A DNA stretch of 64,000 bases from an uncultured Acidobacteriota bacterium (GTDB lineage Bacteria; Acidobacteriota; Thermoanaerobaculia; Multivoradales; UBA5704). Both the position numbers and the translations under genes were made by a program. Under the pieces are notes generated by a model, which was not told the origin of the DNA, did not search any database, and saw only the letters and a list, made by a program, of their open reading frames with translations. Positions 31,701-42,584 of the stretch are shown in pieces. The stretch covers positions 1,408,001 through 1,472,000 of the forward strand of contig CAVYRF010000001.1 in assembly GCA_963770895.1 (NCBI GenBank). Reading direction: 5' to 3'. The stretch's first letter is position 1. Every line of letters begins with the position of its first letter.

Positions 31701-32426
31701 CTACCGCCGGGGGCGGCGTTCCTGGGGCAGGAACTTCCAGGTGCGCGCTTCGATGCGGGGTGTGCGATGGCGCAGGCAGCCGGTGGCGTCGGTGTAGAAG
31801 ACTTGGCGGAGCGCCGCGCGGACCCGTAGGTGCCGGCCGGGCTCGACGCGGGCGAGAGCGGTGGCGAGGTCGCCGGCGGCGACGATGCGGTAGGTCCTGG
31901 CGATGTGGCCATCGCCGCTGGCCGGCCACTGGGCTTCGAGGTCGAAGGCGGCGCAGGGAGATCCATCCACCATGGAAAGGGTCGGGCGGCGGGCGAGCTT
32001 GCCGATGAGCGGTGCGAGCCGCAGTCTGTAGATGGTCAGCGGACGGCGGTCGTGGCGGGCGCGGGTGATGGTGTCGTGGGTGCCGTTGCTGGCGCCGTCC
32101 CAGAAGGCGACCAGGTGATCGCAGGTGTCGACGATGCGCTGGTTGCGGATGCGGCCGGCGGCGAAGCGGCCGTCGCGGTCCCAGTCGGCGCGGTGCTCGA
32201 CGAAGCGGAGGCAGCGCGCCCGCGCGGTGGTGAGGGCCGTGCGATCGACGCCGCGGGCGTCGCCGGTGACCAGGACGACGCCTTGGGGGAGGGTCGCGAC
32301 GAAGCTCTTGACGCGATCGAGGTCGGCGAAGAGGCGCGAGCCGACGACGGCGACGCGGTGGCCTTCGGGGTGGGTGGAGTGGGCGGCGGCGGCGGGGGTT
32401 GGCGGGAGGGGATGGAGTGGGTCCAT
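31701..32426 (-). CDS. SLOG (YspA/DUF2493-like) protein with OB/SSB-like C-terminal part
   Basis: VAVVGSR, VTGDARGVD, AGRIRNQRIV, VAFWDGASNGT. Confidence 0.75.
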   Translation of the reverse strand: MDPLHPLPPTPAAAAHSTHPEGHRVAVVGSRLFADLDRVKSFVATLPQGVVLVTGDARGVDRTALTTARARCLRFVEHRADWDRDGRFAAGRIRNQRIVDTCDHLVAFWDGASNGTHDTITRARHDRRPLTIYRLRLAPLIGKLARRPTLSMVDGSPCAAFDLEAQWPASGDGHIARTYRIVAAGDLATALARVEPGRHLRVRAALRQVFYTDATGCLRHRTPRIEARTWKFLPQERRPRR

Positions 32427-32881
32427 GTCGGAACCTCCTATGGAGGGGCCCGCGGAGGATTCCGCGGGCCTCTCCTGTATCCCCCTTTCTCCCCTGGTTG
32501 GCAGGAGTGACCCGGGTCGGCGTCGGCGATGCGCTCGACTGTGAGGACGGCGAACGGCTGTTAGCAGAAGCCACCTCGGTCAAGGGGCGGTGGTTGCCTC
32601 CTCCGATCCGTGCGCCGGCTGGTTCGCGCAGTTCCTGGCCTGGCTGCCCCAGGCGCCGCCGGCGCCATCGGCCACGACCCCCGGTCAGTGCACGACCTGG
32701 GAAGCCCTCGTCCAAGCCTGGATCAGCCGGCTGCCGCCGCCGGCGCCGCTCGCGTGTCTCACGCCCCAGCCCTGAAGGCCGCCGGCGAAGGGGCCGCCGT
32801 GCCGAGCCGGCGGCGCCCCGCTGCGCCCCCATCCCGCGCCGACCGCTCACGCCAGCAGCTGTGCTACCCTGAAGGCGAGCC

Positions 32882-33157
32882 GTGCCGGACACGACCATGG
32901 GCAGCTACCAGCGACAGGAAGGGATTCGCGTCTTCGAGGCCATCTACGAGGACGGTGTTTTGAAGCCGGTTGAGGACCCGGGTCTCCCGGAGCATCACCG
33001 CTTCTCGGTGCAGGTCCAGGAAGTGCGAGAGGAATCGGGAGCGGCGGCTCTTGCGGCCTGGCACCGGGTGTACGAAGGGCTTTCCGCCGAAGACCAGGCC
33101 GCCGTCGAGGTCATCGCGCTCGACCGCAGCGGTTTTTCCCGCAGTCAGCCGGAATGA
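32882..33157 (+). CDS. DUF104/AF2212-like antitoxin
   Basis: EAIYEDGVLKP motif; ATGA-coupled to a PIN toxin. Confidence 0.8.
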   Translation: MPDTTMGSYQRQEGIRVFEAIYEDGVLKPVEDPGLPEHHRFSVQVQEVREESGAAALAAWHRVYEGLSAEDQAAVEVIALDRSGFSRSQPE

Positions 33158-33570
33158 CGAGCGGGCTCGCGCTTCTTGACACCGATACTCTGTCCGAAGT
33201 CATCAAGGGCCGGGATCTCGTCACCCAGCGCAATGCGCAGGCCTATCTGGGCGTTCACCGCCGCCTGCAATTTTCGATCATCACCCGCTACGAGATCTTG
33301 CGTGGTTTGAAGGCGAAGGATGCCTTCGCACAGGTCGAGGCCTTCGAGGTGCAGTGCCGCGGCAGCAGCGTGCTGCCTTTGAACGATGCGATCGTGGTGA
33401 AAGGTGCCGATATCTTCGCGATGCTGCGCACGCGTGGCGAGCCGATCAGCGATGCCGACATCCTGATCGCAGCGACGGCGCTGGTTCACAACCTTGTCCT
33501 GGTCACCAACAACCTGAGGCACTTTCGGCGGATCAGCGATCTTCGTGTGGAGACCTGGCGGTCTCCGTAG
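33154..33570 (+). CDS. vapC: VapC PIN-domain toxin
   Basis: LLDTDTLS, YEILRG, DILIAATAL, LVTNNLRHF. Confidence 0.92.
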   Translation: MTSGLALLDTDTLSEVIKGRDLVTQRNAQAYLGVHRRLQFSIITRYEILRGLKAKDAFAQVEAFEVQCRGSSVLPLNDAIVVKGADIFAMLRTRGEPISDADILIAATALVHNLVLVTNNLRHFRRISDLRVETWRSP

Positions 33571-33649
33571 GCCCGCTCACGCAGCACCGCCGACGGAGCT
33601 CTCGGCCCGCTTGCCGACCTACGAAGCAGCAAGGCTCGATCGGCACCGC

Positions 33650-35409
33650 TCAGCGGGTCGAGGAGCAGGCGCACGTAGCGCTCACCGCGATGCCGGCGGC
33701 GTTGGCCGTGCAAGCGTTGCCGCAGGTCTTGCCATCGCAGCCGCATACTGGGCTGAAGACGAGCGCGCACGCCTCCGGGATCGGCCGGCAGAGGCCGCCC
33801 GCAGCGCTCAGGCCGCAGCCGGCAGCCAGCAGGTAGTCGCAGAACTGCCCGGCGGCACAAGGTTCGGCATCGGGGACGCCACAAACCTGCATGGGTACGG
33901 CGGGAGTGCACTTGCCGGCCCCCGCGGCGCGATAGATGCGAGCAAAATCGGCGGCGGCAAGAGCGCGATCGAAAACCTCCAGCTCGTCGAGCTTCCCCGC
34001 GTAGTGCTGCGGCGCGCCGAGCTGCGTCAACGCCGGCACGAATCCGATCAGGAACGTCCCGAGGAAGGGCGTGGGGCCGCTCGCGGCGCCGGTGACGGCG
34101 CTGGCGCCGGCAAGCCCATCCAGGTTCTGGGGCGCGAAAGCCTGCGCTATCCGGCCGTCAACATAGAGATGGACGACGACGTTGGCGCCCCCCGGGTCGT
34201 GGGTCAAGGTCGCGCCGACCAGGTGCCAGCGATCGTCGGCGAGCTGACTGCACGCCGGCACGCTACAGGTACCGCCCGCGCCGAGAACCGCAAAGCGCAG
34301 CGCGCCGCCGCTCAGGCTGAGCTCCCAACCCACCGGCACATCGTCCGGTGCCGCGAGCTTCCCGGCGAGCGGCGCGTCGAGCTGGCCGGTGCGGATCCAG
34401 GCATCGATCGTGTAGCCCGCTCCGTTCACCAGATTCGGGTCCAGCATCGCATCGGCGGCCACGCTGGCAGCGCCGGACGCGCCGTCGAAGGCGAGGGCGC
34501 GGCCGACCCTGCCGCTGGTATGACCGACGCCCGAAAGCGTCGCGTCGTGCGGTCCCGAGAAGTGTCCCGCGATGTCGGCGGCAAGGGTACCGGTCGTCTC
34601 GTCGAAGGGCCACCAGGCTACGGGGTGCGCCGGCAGCGGCGCGCATTTGCACTTGCCGGCGGGCCGGACCTGGCGATGTCGCGGACCTCCGGTGCGCTGA
34701 GCCGCCGGCTGAAGATCTCGACCTCGTCGAGGACGCCTGCCCACGAAGGCGACGGGCCTTGCGCCTCGGCGCCGAGCAGCAAGGGCGCGGCGTTGGACAG
34801 CGAGCCATTGTGGGCATTGGCCGTCAGCGTGTCCTGCGCCGCGCCGTCGACAAAGAAAGTGATCGTCAAGGGCTGGCGGGTTACCGTCACCGCAACGTGG
34901 TGGAAGGCGCCGTCGGCGGCAACATGGGCGAGCTTCGAAACGTAGTTATCATGGGTGCCGTCGGCGACTTGCAGCCCCAAGGCGCCCCCATAAAGAAAGA
35001 GCTCGTAGCCGGTGACGAGCGCTCCGGCGAAGGACCGCTTGTCCACGATCGACCGCACGCCCTGGATTTGGGCCGGTAACACCCAGGCGTCGAGCGTGAA
35101 GTCGCCGGTGCCGACGTTCAAGACGGCGCTGTCGGGGACCTGCACGTAGTCGCTGGCACCGTCGAAGGACAGCGCGCCGGCGACGGCGCCCGGCACCGGC
35201 TGCGGGCTGCCGACGAAAAACCCGTCGTTGGCGGCCACCAGGTCCCCCGAAACCGTGCCCGCCGTCTCGTCGAGCGGCCACCAGGCGACCAGGCCCTGCG
35301 GCGGGCCGACACAGGCCTTCCCCGGCGGCGCCACGGCAGGGGCAGCGGCGGCCGCGAGCCACCCTGGTGTTGCCAGCCAGCCGGCGAGCAGAGCCGAAGC
35401 CACGAGCAT
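33650..35409 (-). CDS. Secreted protein with two LamG-like domains and a C-terminal Kazal domain; 1-nt frameshift near 34660
   Basis: Two AWWP.DE..G / T.DAW / LDE.E.F.R.L units; PVCGCDGKT.GNAC; shift lies in a C-run. Confidence 0.8.
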
Positions 35410-35432
35410 GATCGTCTCCTTGGCGCGCCGTT

Positions 35433-36195
35433 TCAGAACGCCTGGGTACCGACGAAATACCCAAAACCGCACAGCCCGGCGAAACCGCCGGCCTGCTGCG
35501 CCACCGCGACAAGGTTGTAACCGCTGCCGCCGGTGCCCTGCACCTGCAATACCTTGCCGTTGCCCAGGGTGACGAAGGTGTAGGTCCCGACCTCGGCAAG
35601 GTCCGCTACCGGCGAGGCGAAGTTGGTCGAGCCGACCAGGTAGTTGTACCCCGCCACGGTGGCGAAGCCGCCGCCTGTCTCCGTCACGGCGAACATGTTG
35701 TGGCCGGTGCCGCCGGTGCCGGTGACCTTGAGCAGCCTGCCGCTCTCCATCCCCAAGAGCGTCTGACCCGCCGCGAACGCCAGCGAGGTCACCGGCGAGC
35801 TGAACTTCTGGTCACCGACATAGTAGGGATAGGGCGATACGCCCTGGATGCTGCCCGCGGACTCGAGGACGGCAAACATGTTATGGCCGGTGCCGCCGGT
35901 GCCAGCGACCTTGAGCAGCTTGCCGTCGCTCAGCCCGACCAGCGTCACTCCCATCCCGAAGCTCAGCTGGACCACCGCCTCGTTGAACTTCTGGTCGCCG
36001 AGGTAGTGGGCGTAGCCCGCGACGCTGCTGAACCCGCCGCTGGTCTCGACGACCGCGAACATATTGTGGCCCGTGCCTCCGCTGCCGTTCTCCTTCAGCA
36101 TCTTGCCGTCGACAAGGCCGATGATCGTCTGGCCCGGGACCGCCAGGACGCTGCTCACGGCAGCCCCGAACTTCTGATCGCCGACATAGTAGGGC
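35433..36195 (-). pseudogene. 5'-truncated ~61-aa-repeat (beta-propeller-like) protein
   Basis: Four repeats Y.GDQKF...GK.LKV.GTGGTGHNMFAV; no credible start codon before the CRISPR flank. Confidence 0.6.
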
Positions 36196-36362
36196 CGGCC
36201 GTCAGGCCGGGCAAGCCTCCGGTGGGAGCTGCCGCGGTGGCCGGTGAGTCGGTCGCCGCCACCGGCGACCTGGGCGGCACCGCGGAGCTCGCCGCCGCCT
36301 ACGTCATGTACACCTTGGGCTCGACCGGTCGGGTGCACCGGTAGTCGCAACCCGAACTCATT

Positions 36363-37661
36363 GTCGCAATCCCACCGCACGCATCAGGTCTTCTCCGACA
36401 ATATCCAGGCCCGACGATCAAGGAGGCGCTGCAAAAGTCGCAATCCCACCGCACGCATCAGGTCTTCTCCGACGGTCGGGCGCGTGTCGAAGAACAAGGC
36501 CGAAGACATGTCGCAATCCCACCGCACGCATCAGGTCTTCTCCGACTCAGAGCGAAATCAAGGCGCAAGAAGTGAACGGCTCCTTGGGTCGCAATCCCAC
36601 CGCACGCATCAGGTCTTCTCCGACGTTGTCGACAAGCTCAAGGTGGAAGACGTCCAGAAGTCGCAATCCCACCGCACGCATCAGGTCTTCTCCGACGCAG
36701 GCGGCCGGCCAGACCGATCCCGCCGAACTCCAGAAGAAAGTCGCAATCCCACCGCACGCATCAGGTCTTCTCCGACCATGTCGCAGCACTCCTGGGAAAT
36801 TGTGCGGGTAAGTCGCAATCCCACCGCACGCATCAGGTCTTCTCCGACGTCGGCCGGTCACTTCTTCGAGCCGGTGAAAATCGGTCGCAATCCCACCGCA
36901 CGCATCAGGTCTTCTCCGACGACCTCGCGGTCGATTCGGTCCGAGAGGCACAGAAAGTCGCAATCCCACCGCACGCATCAGGTCTTCTCCGACCGGGACC
37001 GGGGCTGATCTCTATGCGCAGTGCTCTGCGTCGCAATCCCACCGCACGCATCAGGTCTTCTCCGACCAAATCATGCCGGATGGCAAGTTGCGGCTGGTGG
37101 TAGTCGCAATCCCACCGCACGCATCAGGTCTTCTCCGACGCACGCCGGCACACAGGTGGCCAAGCAGATGGAAAAGAGTCGCAATCCCACCGCACGCATC
37201 AGGTCTTCTCCGACCTGGCCATCTTCGTGATGGCGATCAAGGACGAGAAGTCGCAATCCCACCGCACGCATCAGGTCTTCTCCGACGTTCTCTTAGTATC
37301 GGGCTCGGTGCGCCAGTTACGGAGTCGCAATCCCACCGCACGCATCAGGTCTTCTCCGACGCGGCGGTTCGCGGTGGCGGTATGACGCAAGACGAAACAG
37401 TCGCAATCCCACCGCACGCATCAGGTCTTCTCCGACCTTGAAGCGCTGAAAGGCGCCCGCCGGCGTCTCGTCGGCGTCGCAATCCCACCGCACGCATCAG
37501 GTCTTCTCCGACATGACTGCTGCCGGAGCCATCGTCGCTGCCGCGATCATGGGTCGCAATCCCACCGCACGCATCAGGTCTTCTCCGACAGGGAGAGGCC
37601 GTATTGGTCGCATAGAGAGTCGAGGTCGCAATCCCACCGCACGCATCAGGTCTTCTCCGAC
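36363..37661 (-). CRISPR. CRISPR array 1: 18 repeats, 17 spacers
   Basis: 37-bp repeat GTCGCAATCCCACCGCACGCATCAGGTCTTCTCCGAC on +; leader on the right, next to cas2. Confidence 0.98.
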
Positions 37662-37880
37662 TGCTGGATTTATAACTCCTTTCCCCTCAATGAGTTGAGG
37701 TCTATTCGGCCGTTACCTGGCAAATGACGTCCCCGCGACGCTCCGGTCTGACTCGGTTTCAATCATGCTTTGGAGGCGGAAACCTCTGAAACGACGCGGC
37801 TTGCAGCCGCGGCCGTTACCTGGGTGCCGATTTGGCGAAAATGGGTTGGCACGGTTGATGCCATTCCATAAGCGCCATGA
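37662..37880 (-). promoter_or_regulatory. CRISPR leader 1
   Basis: Homologous to 41269-41490 and 54437-54655. Confidence 0.8.
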
Positions 37881-38156
37881 TCAGACGACATAAACCTCCG
37901 GATCTTCGGTTACCACGCCGGTCCCCAGGATCATGATCTTCGGAGCGCATTCCTTACAAATGCGATAGATCCGCACGCTGTCCTTGCTCTCGTCGATCAC
38001 CTTGCCCAGCCGCCGCGCCATGACCTCCAGCTGCTCAAGGTCGAGCCGGCACTCGAACACCGAGAGCTGCACGCGCGCGCCGAAGTCCTTCAGCACGTTG
38101 GACACCTTGGTGCGCCGGCGGTTGTCGACCACATCATACGAAATCACGGTCAGCAT
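37881..38156 (-). CDS. cas2: Cas2
   Basis: ISYDV.DNRRR, RVQLSVFEC, DSVRIY. Confidence 0.95.
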   Translation of the reverse strand: MLTVISYDVVDNRRRTKVSNVLKDFGARVQLSVFECRLDLEQLEVMARRLGKVIDESKDSVRIYRICKECAPKIMILGTGVVTEDPEVYVV

Positions 38157-39142
38157 GGGTACCGGAATCCCGCGTACGGCTCGCCCTCCAGGAGGTGCCG
38201 AGCGAGCCGCTCCGCCTGACGGCGGAAGATCTGGCGGAAGCCGAGCGTCTGGCCGCCGAACGCCATCGGAGTCGTCATCTCCTTCTCGTAGGCCGCAAAG
38301 TAACGCTTGAGCGCCGGCGGCGTCAGGAAGACGCCGCGCTCGGCCGTGCCCGTGAAGTCCGCCGGTGCGAGCACGCCGAGGTTCAGAAGGTTGGTGGTCC
38401 AACGGTCGACGAGCGGCGCGCGCAGCTCCTCGAGCAGGTCGAGCGCCAGGGAGGGGCGGCCGTAGTCCAGCTGATGGAAGATCCCCAGGTACGGATCGAA
38501 GCCGATGGCGTTGAGCAGGGCCTGGATCTCGTTGCCCACCAGGACGTAGCCCAGCGACAGAAGCGCGTTGACCGGATCGCGCGGCGGCCGGCGGTTGCGG
38601 CCGTCGAAGCCGTACACCTCCGGCACCATTGCGGCCAGCAGCGGGAAATATGCGGCCGCCGCGGCGCCCTCGAAGCCGCGCAGCGAGTCGAGTGAGGCGG
38701 CGCCGGCGGCACCGTCGAGGTGACGCTCGAGATCCGCGACCGCCTCGGCGGCGATCGCCTCGGGGTGGTTGGCGCGAAACCGACGCGCCACGGCGACGCT
38801 GTTCGCGATCTTGCAACAGACCAGCTCCCGCGCCAGCGGCAGGCACCGCTCCTCGCTCCGGCTCAGCTCGTACTGGCGCATCCGCAACGGCACGTTCTTC
38901 GCCTTGGGTGGCGTGAGCTGGCCGCGGAGCTTGCCAGCGCGCGACAGAAGCGCCAGCTCGATCCCGTGGTCGAGCAGCTCGGCGAGCGCCTGCGTGGTCA
39001 CCTGGACGTTGCCATAGAGGAGGACCGCCTCGAGCTTGAGGCACGGCACGTCGAGCAGGGTCGTCCTGTCCTTCTCAACGACCAGACGGTCACCGGTTTT
39101 GCGCACGATCGCGTTCTGCTCGGTGATGTAGAGCGTCGCCAC
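38150..39142 (-). CDS. cas1: Cas1
   Basis: TLYITEQ, LRGFEG.AA..YF, RNRRPPRDPVNALLSLGY, FDPYLGIFH, SLALDLLEELR. Confidence 0.96.
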   Translation of the reverse strand: MATLYITEQNAIVRKTGDRLVVEKDRTTLLDVPCLKLEAVLLYGNVQVTTQALAELLDHGIELALLSRAGKLRGQLTPPKAKNVPLRMRQYELSRSEERCLPLARELVCCKIANSVAVARRFRANHPEAIAAEAVADLERHLDGAAGAASLDSLRGFEGAAAAAYFPLLAAMVPEVYGFDGRNRRPPRDPVNALLSLGYVLVGNEIQALLNAIGFDPYLGIFHQLDYGRPSLALDLLEELRAPLVDRWTTNLLNLGVLAPADFTGTAERGVFLTPPALKRYFAAYEKEMTTPMAFGGQTLGFRQIFRRQAERLARHLLEGEPYAGFRYPC

Positions 39143-39147
39143 CGCTG

Positions 39148-40089
39148 CTATCCCTTCTCTCGCAGCTCGAGATAGGTCAGCAGGTCGAGCGGCGGCGGCA
39201 GCGTCGGTGCGCTCGGTTCGGGCTTCGCCGGATCGAACGGTAGATAGATGGCGTCCTTCAGGAAGGTTGCGCCCAGGAACTTGAAACCTTGCTCGAACGA
39301 GCTGGTATGCGTCTTCTCCTGGTTGAGGCGCAGCTCGAGCTGCGCCAGGAGGTATTCGGTCAGCTCGAGCGCCTCGCCGGCCTCCGCGGCGCTTTTGCAC
39401 AGGATGAGCAGGTTGTCGGCGTAGCGCACCACGGTCTTGCCGAACAGCGCGAGGTTCTCGTCGAGCTCGTCGAGGAAGAGGTTGGCGAGCATCGGCGAGA
39501 CGACCGGCCCCTGCGCGATGCCTCGCTGCGGCCGGTACACCCGCTCGCCGTCGTAGATCTCCGCCCTGATCCAGCCCTCGAAGAGCGCGAAAAGTGCAGG
39601 TTCGAGGCGCAGCCTGCGCAGGCGGTCGAGCAGGCGATCGTGTGCAATCTGGCCGAAGAAGTCCTCAATGTCGGCGTCCACGAGGAAGCGGTAGCCCGCC
39701 TGGCGCAGCTCGTCCACGCGGCGGATCGCGCTCTTGACCGACCGACCGGGGCGAAAGGCGTAGCTGCACTGTTCGAGCTCGGCCTCGAAGCGGTCCTTGC
39801 TCACCAGGTAGGCCGCGGTTTGGGCGACGCGATCGCGCACCGTGGGCACCGCGAGGTAGCGGATGCCGTGCCGCGGCTTGGGGATCGGAAAGCGGAGCAG
39901 AGGGTAGGGGTGGTAGCGCCGGCTGCGCAGGCGGTCCTCGAGGTGGTCCAGCTCCTGCTCCAGCCGCTCGGCGAAGCGGCCGAGCGTGGTGCCGTCGGCG
40001 CCGCGGCAGCCGCTGTTGCCGCGCACCCGCTCGAAGGCGGCACGCAGCGTCCGCCTCGCGCAGAGATCCTCGATCGTAGGTTCGAGCAC
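39148..40089 (-). CDS. Stand-alone CRISPR-associated reverse transcriptase (YADN variant)
   Basis: G.DG, IPK, VPTVRDRVAQ, SYAFRPGRS, DADIEDFF, QG..VSP.LANL.LD, RYADN, LNQEKT, FKFLG; ends 5 nt before cas1. Confidence 0.92.
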   Translation of the reverse strand: MLEPTIEDLCARRTLRAAFERVRGNSGCRGADGTTLGRFAERLEQELDHLEDRLRSRRYHPYPLLRFPIPKPRHGIRYLAVPTVRDRVAQTAAYLVSKDRFEAELEQCSYAFRPGRSVKSAIRRVDELRQAGYRFLVDADIEDFFGQIAHDRLLDRLRRLRLEPALFALFEGWIRAEIYDGERVYRPQRGIAQGPVVSPMLANLFLDELDENLALFGKTVVRYADNLLILCKSAAEAGEALELTEYLLAQLELRLNQEKTHTSSFEQGFKFLGATFLKDAIYLPFDPAKPEPSAPTLPPPLDLLTYLELREKG

Positions 40090-40413
40090 GTTGGTACCTC
40101 AACCGTCCTGGGTGAGACACCATCATTCGGGAATTGGGTGTGCCTTTCGTTCGGTCAGTCTGCAGGCGCGGGGGTATCACTGACCTTGGCAAGGCTGGCG
40201 GCCGTCACCAGCGGCGCGCTGATGCCAGTGCTGGTGCCTTCTGAATGCTTTGGGCGCTGGGGCTGCCGACGGCCTCCCAGGTAAGTGTCGGACAGTGTTG
40301 CTGGCTTGGGTTCTTCAACTGGGGGCGGCCAATCAGGAGGTGAGCGAGGCTTCTACGGCGACGACGGCCCGTGCGGCGGGACAGCGGATCGCTCTGCGAG
40401 AAGTCGCGACCTT

Positions 40414-41268
40414 GTCGCAGCCCCCCACCGCACGCGTCAGGTCTTCTCCGACCGCAAGAACACGGCCTCATCGTGGCTGCCGACACGATTTGTCGCAATC
40501 CCACCGCACGCCTCAGGCCTTCTCCGACCAGTACCCCATCAACTGCAACTGCACCTTGGAAGAGTCGCAGTCCCACCGCACGCGTCAGGTCTTCTTCGAC
40601 TCATTGTCCCTCAGAACAAGCTGGCGATCGTCATCAAGAGGTCGCAATCCCACCTCACGCCTCAGGTCTTCTCCGACGAGGTCGGCGTCGAAAGGGTAGC
40701 CCGGGGAATGCAGAAGTCGCAATCCCACCTCACGCCTCAGGTCTTCTCCGACTCAACAACTACTGGGAGGACGATGCCGATCCGAGCTGGGTCGCAATCC
40801 CACCTCACGCCTCAGGTCTTCTCCGACGTGGCGGGTCGCTACGGTTCCAACCTGGCGAACATCGTCGCAATCCCACCTCACGCCTCAGGTCTTCTCCGAC
40901 GTGTTGGTCAACGTCGACGACGGCCGCCTGCGTCAGAGTCGCAATCCCACCTCACGCCTCAGGTCTTCTCCGACTTGGCTGGTGGCGGCCAGGCCGCAGG
41001 TGGGGAAAAGGTCGCAATCCCACCTCACGCCTCAGGTCTTCTCCGACCTTCCACAAGGGCTTCGTGGAAATTCATAGATAGATGGAGTCGCAATCCCACC
41101 TCACGCCTCAGGTCTTCTCCGACCTTGATCCAAATCTCAAAGGACCCGCCCATGTGGATGTCGCAATCCCACCTCACGCCTCAGGTCTTCTCCGACCGAC
41201 CACGATATCTACACTATCGTCCTCGCTGAGAGTCGCAATCCCACCTCACGCCTCAGGTCTTCTCCGAC
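40414..41268 (-). CRISPR. CRISPR array 2: 12 repeats, 11 spacers
   Basis: Variant GTCGCAATCCCACCTCACGCCTCAGGTCTTCTCCGAC; the three left (trailer) repeats are degenerate. Confidence 0.97.
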
Positions 41269-41510
41269 TCCTGGGTTTGTAACCTCTTTTCCTTCAATAA
41301 ATTAAGGATCACTCGGCCGTTACCTGGCAGAGTTCGCCCCGCAATGCTTCGGCCGGGCTCGGGGTTTAACCCGGCCTGGAAGATGGAAATCACTGAAACA
41401 AAGTAGCTTGCAGCCATGGCCGTTACCTGGGTGCCAATTTGGCGAAATCGGGTTGGCACGATTGCTGCCGTTCCCATAGATGCCATGATCAGGAGACATA
41501 AACCTCCGGG
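41269..41510 (-). promoter_or_regulatory. CRISPR leader 2 with a short cas2 3' remnant
   Basis: Similar to leader 1; ACATAAACCTCCGG as at the cas2 end. Confidence 0.7.
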
Positions 41511-41567
41511 CTTTCCTGTATCCCGCCTGTTCCCAGGAATATCACCTCCTGAGCTCTCCAACACCCA

Positions 41568-42566
41568 TCAGGTAATCTCGATCTTGCCCAGGCCGAAGGT
41601 GGCGCCCTTCCCTACGTGGAGCACCTGGGCGGTGCGTAGAAGCGGCGCGAACGGAGCCAAGTCGCCGGTCAGCTCGATTTCGCCGACGAACCCGCCGAGG
41701 CTCATCGTGCACTGCTGGCGGTTGCTGTAGCGTTGCCAGTCGTGCCAGTGCAGGTTGGTGGCGGTTTCTCGCACCGCGCTCGCAGCGTCGAGGAGCGGGC
41801 GGAAGCTCCAGTCGATCGCCGCGGCAGGGACGTGGAAATGCGCCAGCTCGAGGGTACGGCGCAGCATCGCGAAGGCCAGCCCGCGGAATCCGAGGGTTGT
41901 CACCAGGTGGTCGCGCACCTTAAGCCGCGTCGGCGTGACGAAACGGACGCGCACGCGGGAGGAATCGGGGAGCTCGCCAAGCGGCACCTCGACGGCGGCG
42001 GGAGTGAATCCCTCGCCGTGGAGCAGCTCGCGCGTCCGGCCGTCCGGCTCGCGAGCGGCGACGCGCTCGACCTTGAACCGGTGGCGCGCGCGGCCGAGGC
42101 CGGCCTCCGCCATGCGCTCGACAGCCAGGACGGCGAACGCCTGCAGGTCGGCCGCCTGACCGACGAGGAGGAGATCGAAGGCGAGAGACTCGCCGGCCGC
42201 GAGCTTTCGCGCGGAGCTCCCCGGCTCGATGACGTAGGGCCGCGGGGCGGTCGGCAGCCCTCGCATCAGCGGCGGCGCCTGGCCCTCGACAAACGTCTCG
42301 AACATCCGGGTGTAGACGCATTCGCGCCGCAACCGGCAGGTGGCACAGGCCTGCTCCCGCCCCATGACGCACACCAGGCGGCGCAGCGCGTGCCCGAACG
42401 CACCGCGGAGCATCGAGCCCTGGTACTCGGGCAGATCGGCTGGCGCCAGGGCGCGCAGGGTGAAGGTGAGGCGCACGTAGGGCAACGTGGGCAGGCGGTA
42501 TGCGACGGCCGCGGGGCTCGTGGGCTCGCTATGGCTCAGCATCACCACGCCCCTGCCGTGGGCCAC
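41568..42566 (-). CDS. cas6: Cas6 endoribonuclease
   Basis: GSMLRGAFG, C..C....C, PRPYV, F.TP.RL, GKGATFGLG G-loop. Confidence 0.93.
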   Translation of the reverse strand: MAHGRGVVMLSHSEPTSPAAVAYRLPTLPYVRLTFTLRALAPADLPEYQGSMLRGAFGHALRRLVCVMGREQACATCRLRRECVYTRMFETFVEGQAPPLMRGLPTAPRPYVIEPGSSARKLAAGESLAFDLLLVGQAADLQAFAVLAVERMAEAGLGRARHRFKVERVAAREPDGRTRELLHGEGFTPAAVEVPLGELPDSSRVRVRFVTPTRLKVRDHLVTTLGFRGLAFAMLRRTLELAHFHVPAAAIDWSFRPLLDAASAVRETATNLHWHDWQRYSNRQQCTMSLGGFVGEIELTGDLAPFAPLLRTAQVLHVGKGATFGLGKIEIT

Positions 42567-42584
42567 GATCAGCGGCCTCGGGGT

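Noticed and set aside
34650-34670. Two separate LamG genes
   Set aside because: Adding one C restores the repeated G.AGKC linker, so it is one gene
36244-37698. ORFs with repeated peptides across the arrays
   Set aside because: Translations of CRISPR repeats
39148-40089. Group II intron, retron or DGR
   Set aside because: No domain X/maturase, no intron domain V/VI, no msr-msd, no TR/VR pair seen; the RT is coupled to cas1
41253-41564. Conserved small ORF in the CRISPR leaders (also 54421-54666)
   Set aside because: Explained by leader duplication; the leader 1 copy has an in-frame stop and the ORFs run into repeats
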